This document shows, piece by piece, positions 42,191 through 50,517 of a stretch of 64,000 bases of DNA; within the stretch, counting starts at the first letter, position 1; each line of letters opens with the position of its first letter. The stretch is from positions 639,867 through 703,866 of the forward strand of contig OY821663.2 of the NCBI GenBank assembly GCA_963555975.3, given 5' to 3'. The notes under the pieces were generated by a model, which was not told the DNA's origin, did no database searches, and saw only the letters and a list, made by a program, of their open reading frames with translations. This DNA is from Dehalococcoidia bacterium. GTDB lineage: Bacteria; Chloroflexota; Dehalococcoidia; Lucifugimonadales; UBA2985. The position numbers and the translations under genes were made by a program.

Positions 42191-43177
42191 ATGACTTCGC
42201 GCTTTCCGAACATCAGGCTGAGGCGGTTGCGGGAGCTGCCTGCGCTGAGGCGCTTGACGGCGGAGGCGTCGCTGAGCGTGGGTGACTTCGTGTATCCGAT
42301 GTTCGCCACGCACGGGCGGGGCGTACGAGAACCTGTGGAGCCGATGCCGGGCGTCTTCCGGTTGTCGCCGGACCTGATCGCCGAGGAGGCGGCTGAGGTG
42401 TCTGAACTCGGCATCCCGTCGACCCTGCTGTTCGGGCTGCCTGCACACAAGGACGCCGGCGGCAGCGGGGCGTACGACCCGGAGGGCATTGTGCAGGAGG
42501 CGATTCGAGCGGTGAAGCGGGCCGCGCCCGGTCTCGCCGTGATGACGGACGTGTGCCTGTGCGAGTACACCGACCACGGCCACTGCGGAGTCGTAAGCGG
42601 CGGCCGCGTGGACAACGACGCCACGCTGGAGCTGCTGGCGCGCACTGCACTTTCGCACGTGGAGGCTGGCGCGGACGTGGTGGCGCCGTCCGCGATGATG
42701 GACGGGCAGGTGGGCGCGATTCGGCGCGCGCTGGACTCGGCGGGCCGCGCCGACACGCCCATCATGGCGTATTCGGCCAAGTACGCCTCGGCGTTCTACG
42801 GCCCTTTCCGCGTGGCCGCCGACTCCACGCCGGGGTTCGGCGACCGCCGGGGCTACCAGATGGATCCCGCCAACGCCCGGCAGGCCCTGCACGAGATGGA
42901 GCTTGACGTGCAGGAGGGCGCGGACATCCTCATGGTCAAGCCGGCAATGGCCTACCTGGACGTTATCGCACGGGCGAGGCAGGCGTTTGCACAGCCCATC
43001 GCTGCGTACAACGTGAGCGGCGAGTATGCGATGCTCAAGGCTGCGGCGGCCAACGGCTGGCTGGACGGCGAGTCGGCGATGATGGAGCTGCTCACGGCGA
43101 TCAAGCGAGCGGGCGCGGACGTCGTCATCACGTACCACGCCAAGGAAGCGGCGCGGCTGCTGGCGAAGGGCGGCTGA
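42191..43177 (+). CDS. hemB: porphobilinogen synthase (delta-aminolevulinate dehydratase)
   Basis: The sequence RLRRLR..FVYPMF..DVCLCEYTDHGHCG (Zn-type Cys cluster) ..MVKPA..YNVSGEYAM is present. Confidence 0.93.
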   Translation: MTSRFPNIRLRRLRELPALRRLTAEASLSVGDFVYPMFATHGRGVREPVEPMPGVFRLSPDLIAEEAAEVSELGIPSTLLFGLPAHKDAGGSGAYDPEGIVQEAIRAVKRAAPGLAVMTDVCLCEYTDHGHCGVVSGGRVDNDATLELLARTALSHVEAGADVVAPSAMMDGQVGAIRRALDSAGRADTPIMAYSAKYASAFYGPFRVAADSTPGFGDRRGYQMDPANARQALHEMELDVQEGADILMVKPAMAYLDVIARARQAFAQPIAAYNVSGEYAMLKAAAANGWLDGESAMMELLTAIKRAGADVVITYHAKEAARLLAKGG

Positions 43178-43239
43178 GGTGTGGCGAGGGCGCTGGGTTT
43201 CGGGTAGAATTGAGCGAAATCGAAAGGGAGGCGCGCAAC

Positions 43240-43482
43240 ATGAAGGTGGAAATCATCGACGCAGATGGGTGCCAGGACAGGGTGCTGCTGTTGTTTGAGG
43301 AGGACGGGGCGACGGATGAGGTTGCCCGCGTGGACGAGTACCTGAGCGCGAACAACCTGTCGCCCAAGCGGGAGTACACGGAGAACAGGGACGGCACGGA
43401 CTACCGGGTGTACTACTTCGGGCAGTGCTACATCGGCAGCCACGTGGAGCGCCTTGAGGCGCTGGCGGGCGAGTCCGCGTAG
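43240..43482 (+). CDS. hypothetical small protein (80 aa)
   Basis: The ATG at 43240 follows GGGAGG with an 8-nt spacer. The product is MKVEIIDADGCQDRVLLLFEEDG.. and I see no recognisable motif. Confidence 0.45.
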   Translation: MKVEIIDADGCQDRVLLLFEEDGATDEVARVDEYLSANNLSPKREYTENRDGTDYRVYYFGQCYIGSHVERLEALAGESA

Positions 43483-43508
43483 CAGGCCGCGGCAAACGGA
43501 GGCGCGAG

Positions 43509-44036
43509 ATGCGAAGTGAGCCTGGCGAATCGTTGCGCTGCGGCGTGTTCGCGGTAGACGGCGGATGGGTCGGTGTGCTGGCCTCGCCCGCGGGCATACG
43601 GCGGCTGAGCCTGTCGCCGGAGTCGCCCGCGGACGCGATCGAGTCGCTGGGCGCGGCCGGCCGCAACGGCGCTGCGCCGGAGTCGGAGGAGGCGTCGTTC
43701 CCGGACCTGGAGGGCCGGCTGGCGCGCTACTTCCGCGGGGAGGCCGCGGCCCTGGACGACGCGCTTGACCTGGAAGGGACCGACTTCCAGAAGCGGGCGT
43801 GGGAAGCCGCGAGGTCGATACCACGCGGCGAGACGCGCAGCTACGGATGGATTGCTCGCAGCATCGGCAGCCCCGGAGCGGCTCGCGCCGTGGGGCAGGC
43901 GATGCGAGCCAACCCCACGCCGTTCATCGTGCCGTGCCATCGAGTGGTGGGCAGCAACGGTACGATGCGCGGCTACGGCGGCCCGGACGGCGTGGACATG
44001 AAGGCGCGCCTGCTTGCGATGGAGCGCGGCGGCTAA
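43509..44036 (+). CDS. ogt: methylated-DNA--protein-cysteine methyltransferase
   Basis: The C-terminal domain reads IPRGETRSYGWIA..GAARAVGQAMRANPTPFIVPCHRVVGSNG, which includes the PCHRV active site. Confidence 0.9.
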   Translation: MRSEPGESLRCGVFAVDGGWVGVLASPAGIRRLSLSPESPADAIESLGAAGRNGAAPESEEASFPDLEGRLARYFRGEAAALDDALDLEGTDFQKRAWEAARSIPRGETRSYGWIARSIGSPGAARAVGQAMRANPTPFIVPCHRVVGSNGTMRGYGGPDGVDMKARLLAMERGG

Positions 44037-44157
44037 CGTACCCCGTTCGCGGTGAGCTTGCAGAAGCATGAAGGGCTGATGGCGGGCAGAGAGCGTGCGT
44101 AACACGCTAAGGAAGCGCGCGGGTAGCTTCCGGTTGGGAATCGTGTTCGTCCGTGGC

Positions 44158-44376
44158 CTACCGCAGGAAGCCCATGATGGCGGCGACGGCAGCCAGGCCC
44201 GCCAACTGTAGACCGGCAACGCGCCAGGTGAGCTCCGCCTTCAGGTCGGCTAAGCTGGCCTTTACCTCGACAAGATCGGCTTTGGTAGCCAGAATGTCGG
44301 CCTTAGTTGCCAGAAGCTCGGCCTTGGTAGCCAAGTGATTGTAGGCTTCTTTATGCTGGCTGACGCGTTCTTCCAT
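44158..44376 (-). CDS. tail-anchored coiled-coil protein (DUF1640-like), 72 aa
   Basis: The heptad-like run LATKAELLATKADILATKADLVEVKASLADLKAEL is followed by a C-terminal hydrophobic helix, GLQLAGLAAVAAIMGF. It is encoded partly by three 21-nt tandem repeats at about 44278-44340. Confidence 0.55.
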   Translation of the reverse strand: MEERVSQHKEAYNHLATKAELLATKADILATKADLVEVKASLADLKAELTWRVAGLQLAGLAAVAAIMGFLR

Positions 44377-44479
44377 GCTCCCACAACCTTGCCGTCTCCG
44401 GAGTGTTCCAACCGTAGCCTTTCAGAGTGGTTGTGTCAACGAGCGGCGGCCCGCTTCCGCATCCCCACCACCAAGCCGC

Positions 44480-45025
44480 CTACGCGTCGCGGAACAACTC
44501 AAGCATACTGCGTTGAGTTTCCGTCAGCCGAAGCGCGGGGTTATTCGATGACGGGTAGATCTCGGCTTCACGCCACAGCTCTTGTCTCACGCTGGTGGCA
44601 ACGCCAATCTTGACGCCTCGTTGCATGATCCTTTGCATCAGGGCGTTAGCATCGAACAGGAAGGCGTACTCAATCACCCAGGGCTGAGCCGTGCCGCGGG
44701 TTGATACCGGCTGAAGCTTAGGGCCGGTCAACACCAGGTAGTAGTCGGGGAGAGCGTCGGCCCTGATGTCCAGAAGGCCCTGGTGCAGTGAGTACTTCTT
44801 GACGTTCACCGATTTGCCCGCAAGCGGCCCGTTCCTGAAGTGGCCGTCGCTGCCCCTGTTGACGGCGGACTCAGGCAACTCAATGTCGAATATCATGGAG
44901 GCCACAAACTCCCCTACGTGGCCCGGATGCGCCGGGCGTCCGATTAGCCCGGCAATCGCATTCTCCACCGTGTTTCTTACTTTGATAAGTGACGCAAGCA
45001 TTTCCAGTTCATCCTGCGGTGTCAT
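44480..45025 (-). CDS. hypothetical protein (181 aa)
   Basis: This is a clean ORF with a GAGGGGG RBS. It is divergent from the protease gene. I recognise no family with confidence. Confidence 0.5.
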   Translation of the reverse strand: MTPQDELEMLASLIKVRNTVENAIAGLIGRPAHPGHVGEFVASMIFDIELPESAVNRGSDGHFRNGPLAGKSVNVKKYSLHQGLLDIRADALPDYYLVLTGPKLQPVSTRGTAQPWVIEYAFLFDANALMQRIMQRGVKIGVATSVRQELWREAEIYPSSNNPALRLTETQRSMLELFRDA

Positions 45026-45203
45026 GGCCCCCTCACGGTTGTTGAAGGCTACTCTCCCGCTCAGGGTGAACCGTCAAGGCGGCCGCGTCAAGTCTTTACC
45101 CCCCCCGCCGTGGCCGGGTGCCCGCGTGTTTACTTTGAGCGAAGCCGAAGAGTCCAGATTGACAGGCAAGCAGTTGCCATATCGAACTGCCTGTGGTAGC
45201 CTT

Positions 45204-45341
45204 CCACTACTCATCACGGTCGTAGGCTGAGTAAGTCTGTCATGCAGGTGGACATAGGCGTGGCCTCACGCCTCCGTCTAGCCCACCTGTCAAGGCGACT
45301 GTGATGAGTAGCCATGCCAAGCTGGATGGAGGCTACTCATG
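45204..45341 (+). promoter_or_regulatory. structured 5' leader candidate with alternative helices that can free or occlude the protease RBS and start codon
   Basis: The arm ctactcatcacggtcg (45207-45222) pairs with cgactgtgatgagtag (45296-45311) over 16 bp, including one G-U pair. Nested helices caggtgg/ccacctg and ggcgtg/cacgcc lie inside. Alternatively atgagtagcc (45304-45313) pairs perfectly with ggctactcat (45331-45340), which overlaps the SD GGAGG (45328-45332) and the ATG (45339). Confidence 0.4.
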
Positions 45342-46784
45342 CAGGGGAATGATCACGGCGGAGACAGGAATGCTAACGCTTTTGCCGATGTCTTCAAGTT
45401 CATCAGTGGGATCGCCGTATGGAGTGTCGTTGTGTGGCTAGCGGCGTTGGCTTGCAGCGCAGAGCCTACGACCTTTCCTCCGACGGCTACTGCCCCCAAC
45501 TCTACCTCGACGCCTCCGTCCGCGCCAGTGGTTCGCTCCCAGGTCGCGGCGACGTTCAGCGAGCCCCTTTCCTCAGGCCTCTCCGTGGCCGACGTTGTGG
45601 AGAACGCTCTTCCGAGCGTCGCGCGCATAGTGACCGGGGGCGGCACCGGCACGGGCTTTGTCATCAATGAGAGCGGGCTGTTGGTCACCAACAAGCATGT
45701 GGTAGAGGGCTATTCGAGCGTCAGTGTCGAGATGGCGACGGGCAGCGAGTACCGTGGCAGCGTCACGGAGACCCATCCCACTCTCGACCTTGCGTACATC
45801 AAAGTAAACTCCACTCAGACCTTCACGCCCATAGCCGTCGGAGACTCCGATGAGGTGCGTGTGGGAGCGGAGGTTATCGCCATCGGTTTCCCTCTGGGCT
45901 CCGCCCTGGGGGACGAGCCAACGGTGAGCCGCGGGATCATCTCGGCCAAGCGGGACGGACGCCTACAGACAGACGCATCGCTCAACCCGGGCAACAGCGG
46001 CGGGCCGCTGCTGGACATGTTCGGGCAGGCGGTTGGAGTCGTGGTATCCCGGGTGGTGGAGACCGACTCAGGCCGTCCCATAACGGGGATAGGGTTTGCC
46101 ATCCCCATAAACGAGGTGAGGGCGGAACGTGGCGCGCAGGTCTCGCCGGGCGGTAGGGCAACCCCCCGACCAACACCAACTCTAATGCCTGCATCTGGGA
46201 CGCGGCCTACACCTATTCCTACGAGCACGCCTCAATCACGTAGGCTCTTGCCGGACCTTCCAACCGCTACAGTCACGCCTACAGGTGAACCTACACCTAC
46301 CCTCATACCCGTAATCTACTACTGCGATGAATGGCGAGAGTCAGTTATCCTGTGGATTGCGGAAGGACACAACTACTTCCGAGGTGGCGCTAGCGTGCCG
46401 ACGCACCCAGAAATTGAGAAACGGGCTGAAGAGGATAGGAAGTTGGCGTATGTATTCTGTGAAATAGACTTTCCGCATGGTAGGCTCCATGTGGGGCCTG
46501 TGCTAGTGGGTTATGGTGAAGGCAAACTGATTCCCGGCCTATATGAGTATCGGGTCACTGAGCACTTTAATGAGCTGACCGGACGCACAAGGGAAGCAAC
46601 GAACTTGGTAGAAGCAGAAAGCTGCCACGTTGCTTTGAATCATGCTAGAAGCTACACCAGAACCGATGTGTATTTGCCTGTAGGAGAACCGTTTACGTTC
46701 CGATTTACTGAGGAACATGGGGAAGTGGTGTTCTTTGGACACATTTTTGGCTGTGAAGGGCAACTCTATAGGGTAGGTAGCTAG
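45339..46784 (+). CDS. trypsin-like (S1C/HtrA-type) serine protease with N-terminal anchor, Pro/Thr linker and an unrecognised C-terminal domain in place of PDZ
   Basis: The triad contexts are TNKHVVEG, LDLAYIKV and GNSGGPLLD. The linker reads PRPTPTLMPASGTRPTPIPTSTP..TPTGEPTPTLIP. The last roughly 170 aa (IYYCDEWRES..GCEGQLYRVGS) have no PDZ signature, and their DNA is about 50% GC against about 65% for the protease domain. Confidence 0.8.
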   Translation: MQGNDHGGDRNANAFADVFKFISGIAVWSVVVWLAALACSAEPTTFPPTATAPNSTSTPPSAPVVRSQVAATFSEPLSSGLSVADVVENALPSVARIVTGGGTGTGFVINESGLLVTNKHVVEGYSSVSVEMATGSEYRGSVTETHPTLDLAYIKVNSTQTFTPIAVGDSDEVRVGAEVIAIGFPLGSALGDEPTVSRGIISAKRDGRLQTDASLNPGNSGGPLLDMFGQAVGVVVSRVVETDSGRPITGIGFAIPINEVRAERGAQVSPGGRATPRPTPTLMPASGTRPTPIPTSTPQSRRLLPDLPTATVTPTGEPTPTLIPVIYYCDEWRESVILWIAEGHNYFRGGASVPTHPEIEKRAEEDRKLAYVFCEIDFPHGRLHVGPVLVGYGEGKLIPGLYEYRVTEHFNELTGRTREATNLVEAESCHVALNHARSYTRTDVYLPVGEPFTFRFTEEHGEVVFFGHIFGCEGQLYRVGS

Positions 46785-46837
46785 AAGTGGCTGGAGTTGC
46801 TGACTATAGGATGCAGAATAACTAACAGGAGAATAGC

Positions 46838-47686
46838 ATGACGAACGTTCGAGACAAACTGGAGGCACTAAACGCACAGTGTGAGCAACTGTGCGAAGAA
46901 CAGGGATGGCAAAGTCCCAAGAGCAAAAGCCCGAACTTTCGGCTCATCTACACAAGCGTTGAGACCTTCGAGCGCGGTAACGGATACGCAATCGTTGGAA
47001 TTAACCCGGCAGGCACAACGGAAGACGCCGACCGTGACAGTAACCGCGAGACTCCGTTCACCACGAAAGGCTACTCTGCTTACTTGGACGATGATTGGGA
47101 GGGCGGTCGCGGTCAATCAAAATTTCAAAGGGCGGTACAAGGCGTAGCAATGATCCTAAATGGCACAGACTCCTCTGAAGCAATTGAGGCGATTCGTGAG
47201 AAGGTCATTGAGCCCGAGAAGCGATTGGAGCCCAACGTCATTGACTTTCTCAGGGGTACTCCATCCCTCAACATCATCCCCTTTCGGACCAGATCGGTTT
47301 ATGACCTCAATAGGAACCTTCCCCTTAATCTCCAGGAACGCGGTGAAGAAATTGGTTGGGAGTTGCTCTGCTTGATTCGACCCAAACCCCGTTATATTGT
47401 AGCACTCGCAAACGGCCAGCCATCTCCTTGGAGCACCATCCTGAGGAATAGCCACCAACCACCAGGTGATTTTGAAAGGACGATTAGCCGACGCCGGGGG
47501 CACCGTGGACCACGAACATATCGAGAGGTGAAATTGACAAGTGGGCCCCTCGAGGGAGCTTTGGTCTTCGGTCTACCTGCCGTTGTGAGAGACGATATAG
47601 ATGATGAAAAGGAGAGAGAGGAAGTTACCAAGCCATTGTTTCAGGTCGTTCGCGAGAGGCTAATGCATCACAACATTGTTGGCTAG
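46838..47686 (+). CDS. hypothetical protein with a block-wise resemblance to the uracil-DNA glycosylase superfamily (family 4/5 layout, degenerate catalytic motifs)
   Basis: AGGAG lies 7 nt upstream of the ATG. GINPAGTTEDADRDSNRETPF aligns with the family-4 pattern GEAPGxxEDxxGxPF. SLNIIPFRTRS aligns with NvvKCRPP. PKPRYIVALANG aligns with PKvIvaLG. VFGLPAVVRDD aligns with v.ptyHPSyllR, with the His lost. Sampled GC is about 50%. Confidence 0.4.
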   Translation: MTNVRDKLEALNAQCEQLCEEQGWQSPKSKSPNFRLIYTSVETFERGNGYAIVGINPAGTTEDADRDSNRETPFTTKGYSAYLDDDWEGGRGQSKFQRAVQGVAMILNGTDSSEAIEAIREKVIEPEKRLEPNVIDFLRGTPSLNIIPFRTRSVYDLNRNLPLNLQERGEEIGWELLCLIRPKPRYIVALANGQPSPWSTILRNSHQPPGDFERTISRRRGHRGPRTYREVKLTSGPLEGALVFGLPAVVRDDIDDEKEREEVTKPLFQVVRERLMHHNIVG

Positions 47687-47708
47687 AACTACTTTGGCCC
47701 TTTCTTGC

Positions 47709-47729
47709 CTGAGCATCGGTAGTGCTCAG
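47709..47729 (+). terminator. hairpin downstream of the low-GC gene (weak terminator candidate)
   Basis: ctgagca and tgctcag form a 7-bp stem with a 7-nt loop. No U-tract follows. Confidence 0.3.
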
Positions 47730-47836
47730 CATACATCGGTCAGCTTCCAGCTACGCCTGTCTCGTCCCGAGATGGTGTAGCTGGAATTCTAGATCCAAGG
47801 ATTGCGGGCAAGGTGGAGCACAGCACCCGCCCCCCC

Positions 47837-48715
47837 CTACACCCCCAGCGCGGCCTTCATGGTGACGCCAATCTCCGCGGGCGAGGGCGCGATGTGCGCG
47901 CCCGCTTCTCGCAGCGCGCGCACCTTCTCCTCCGCGCGGGCGGCGGAGCCGGTGATGATGGCGCCGGCGTGGCCCATCCGCTTGCCGGGCGGCGCGGTGA
48001 CGCCCACTATCAGTGACACCACCGGCTTGGTGACGTGATCCTTGATGTACTCGGCAGCCTCCTGCTCTTTGGAGCCGCCTATCTCGCCTATCATCACAAC
48101 CGCGTCCGTGTCGGGGTCGTTCTGGAACAGCTCCAGCACGTCGACGAAGGAGGTGCCGACGATGGGGTCGCCGCCGATGCCCACGCACGTGGACTGGCCG
48201 ATGCCCAGCGCGGTTAGCTGGTTCACGGCCTCGTAGGTGAGCGTGCCGCTGCGCGAGACCACGCCCACGCGGCCGGGCGTGTGGATGTTGCCGGGCATGA
48301 TGCCTATCTTGCACCGGCTGCCGGGCGAGATGAGGCCGGGGCAGTTGGGGCCTATGAGGCGGGAAGCGCTGCTCTCCAGGAACCTGGAGACGCGCACCAT
48401 GTCCATCACCGGTATGCCTTCGGTGATGCAGGCGATGAGTGGGATGCCGGCGTCGGCGGACTCCAGGATGGCGTCGGCGGCGAAGGCTGCGGGCACGAAG
48501 ATCAGGGCCACGTTGGCGCCCGTTTCGTCGACGGCCTGCGCGATGGTGTTGAACACCGGAACCTTGTCCTCCCACGTTGCGCCGCCACGGCCGGGCGTCA
48601 CGCCGGCAACCAGGTTGGTGCCGTACTCCATGCAGCGTTGGGCGTGGAAGCTTCCCTCGCGGCCCGTGATGCCCTGCACCAGAAGGCGGGTGTTCTCGTT
48701 TACCAGAATGCTCAC
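47837..48715 (-). CDS. sucD: succinate--CoA ligase subunit alpha
   Basis: The sequence [36 protein letters not shown] (catalytic His loop) is present. Confidence 0.95.
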   Translation of the reverse strand: MSILVNENTRLLVQGITGREGSFHAQRCMEYGTNLVAGVTPGRGGATWEDKVPVFNTIAQAVDETGANVALIFVPAAFAADAILESADAGIPLIACITEGIPVMDMVRVSRFLESSASRLIGPNCPGLISPGSRCKIGIMPGNIHTPGRVGVVSRSGTLTYEAVNQLTALGIGQSTCVGIGGDPIVGTSFVDVLELFQNDPDTDAVVMIGEIGGSKEQEAAEYIKDHVTKPVVSLIVGVTAPPGKRMGHAGAIITGSAARAEEKVRALREAGAHIAPSPAEIGVTMKAALGV

Positions 48716-48733
48716 GTGGACCTCCTTGCGCGG

Positions 48734-49891
48734 CTAGCCGGCGGCCTGTCGGATGGCCTGGGCCGCTTCGGTTAGATCGTTGACCAGTGTGACGCCCAGG
48801 TTGGACTGGGCCAGAATCTCCTTGCCCTCGTCGGCGTTTGTGCCGAGCATCCTGACGACGATGGGCACTCGATCCTCGGCTTCCTCCGCGGCGGCGACTA
48901 TGCCGCGCGCCGCCACGTCGCAGCGCAGTATGCCTCCGAACACGTTGACCAGTATGCGCTTCACCTGCGGGTCGGACAGCAGCAGGCGGAACGCCTGGGC
49001 AACCTGCTCCTCGCTGGCGCCGCCACCCACGTCCAGGAAGTTGGCGGGCATGGCCTGCGCCATCGTAATCGAGTCCATCGTCGCCATTGCCAGCCCTGCG
49101 CCGTTGACCATGCAGCCCACGTCGCCGTCCAGTTTGACGTATGATATGTCGAACTTGCTGGCCTCAAGCTCCAGCGGGTCTTCCTGGTCGGTGTCGCGCA
49201 TATCGCGGACTTCGGGATGGCGGGCCAGGGCGTCGTCCTCGAAGTCGAGCTTGGCGTCAAGCGCCAGCAGCGCGCCGTCCTCTGTGAGGGCGAGCGGGTT
49301 GATCTCGGCGAGCGAGCAGTCCTTGGCCTCGAACAGGCGGTAGAGGTTGGCGATGAGGGCGGAGGCGGGCCGAATCAGCTCGCCCGGCAGTCCCAGGCCG
49401 TACGCCAGCCCGCGGCACTGGTAGGGCTGCAAGCCGACGACCACGTCTACGTTGGCGCGCAGAATCTTCTCCGGCGTTGTGGCGGCAACCTCCTCGATGT
49501 CCATGCCGCCGGCCTCGCTTGCCATGACCACGGGGGAGCGTGAGCCGCTGTCGATGACGATGGCCAGGTAGTACTCCTTGGCGATCTGCGCGGGCTCCTC
49601 GATAAGCACGTTGGTGACAGGCACGCCCTCCGGGCCGGTCTGGTGCGTGACCAGCCGATTGCCCAGCATCGACTCGGCGGCAGCGGCCGCCTCATCGGGC
49701 GAGCCGGCGACCTTGACGCCGCCCGCAAGGCCGCGTCCGCCCGCGTGAACCTGCGCCTTCACCACCGACCGCTCGCCCATGTCGGCGGCGACGGCTGCGG
49801 CCTCCTGCGGCGTGGCTGCGACGCCGCCCTTGGGCACGGGAATGCCGAACTCGGCGAGGACCGCCTTGGCCTGATACTCGTGAATCTTCAT
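48734..49891 (-). CDS. sucC: succinate--CoA ligase subunit beta
   Basis: The sequence MKIHEYQAKAVLAEFGIPVP..VVKAQVHAGGRG..NGAGLAMATMD..NVFGGI is present. Confidence 0.95.
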   Translation of the reverse strand: MKIHEYQAKAVLAEFGIPVPKGGVAATPQEAAAVAADMGERSVVKAQVHAGGRGLAGGVKVAGSPDEAAAAAESMLGNRLVTHQTGPEGVPVTNVLIEEPAQIAKEYYLAIVIDSGSRSPVVMASEAGGMDIEEVAATTPEKILRANVDVVVGLQPYQCRGLAYGLGLPGELIRPASALIANLYRLFEAKDCSLAEINPLALTEDGALLALDAKLDFEDDALARHPEVRDMRDTDQEDPLELEASKFDISYVKLDGDVGCMVNGAGLAMATMDSITMAQAMPANFLDVGGGASEEQVAQAFRLLLSDPQVKRILVNVFGGILRCDVAARGIVAAAEEAEDRVPIVVRMLGTNADEGKEILAQSNLGVTLVNDLTEAAQAIRQAAG

Positions 49892-50178
49892 GCGCTACTC
49901 TCCGGCCTGAAGTTTTGGGTCTGCGGCTGCGCGATGAGCCGCGGGGGGACGTGCGGGGGCGGACTGTGGCCGGCTGCGCGTCCGCTCCCCATGATAGCGG
50001 GCGAGCGGCGCGGTGTCCAGCGCGGGGGGGCACGTTCAGCAAGAGTGAGATGGTTGCGAGGCTAATCCGCGTGGCGGCCCGCAGCATGTCAGAGGCAACC
50101 GCCCCCGCTCGTCCTGAGCCTGTCGAAGGGCGGGCGGACGGACGACGGTCGTGGTGGCCCCGCTCTGGTTCGACCGGC

Positions 50179-50493
50179 TCACCATGAGCGGGAAGGGAAC
50201 TGCTTCTGCGTCCACCCAAGAGACCGACCGCCAAAGCGGTGCAGCACTGTGTCCCCGATAGTAACCGAGTAGACGCTCACGACATCAATTCTCCGGTCAA
50301 ACAGCTGATCCGTTGCGGCGGTAACGCTGTCGCCGATGGCCCATTTGCCGGTCTCCACGTCTATGGAGATGACCTTGCCGCGGTGGTCGTCCTCGACCTG
50401 TCGGCGGATGTCACGCTCGTACATCTCCTTGCCGAGCCGGATAACCTCCTCGCGGGTTCTGTGCGACTGTGGTTCGCTCTTTGCGTGCGTCAT
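50179..50493 (-). CDS. hypothetical small protein (104 aa)
   Basis: The ATG at 50493 lies 5 nt after GGGAG. The core reads GKEMYERDIRRQVEDDHRGKVISIDVETGKWAIGDS. I recall similar short proteins, but I cannot name a family with confidence. The C-terminal tail runs into a REP unit. Confidence 0.45.
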   Translation of the reverse strand: MTHAKSEPQSHRTREEVIRLGKEMYERDIRRQVEDDHRGKVISIDVETGKWAIGDSVTAATDQLFDRRIDVVSVYSVTIGDTVLHRFGGRSLGWTQKQFPSRSW

Positions 50494-50517
50494 TGCTGCT
50501 CCCTTCGGGGCGCTCAA

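Noticed and set aside
47740-47836. A possible tRNA or att site at the right edge of the low-GC segment (ccagctac...gtagctgg hairpin).
   Set aside because: It lacks the T-loop GTTCGAATC-type sequence, a plausible acceptor stem and an anticodon arm. No matching direct repeat was found at the left edge (about 46.2 kb) beyond trivial 7-8-mers.
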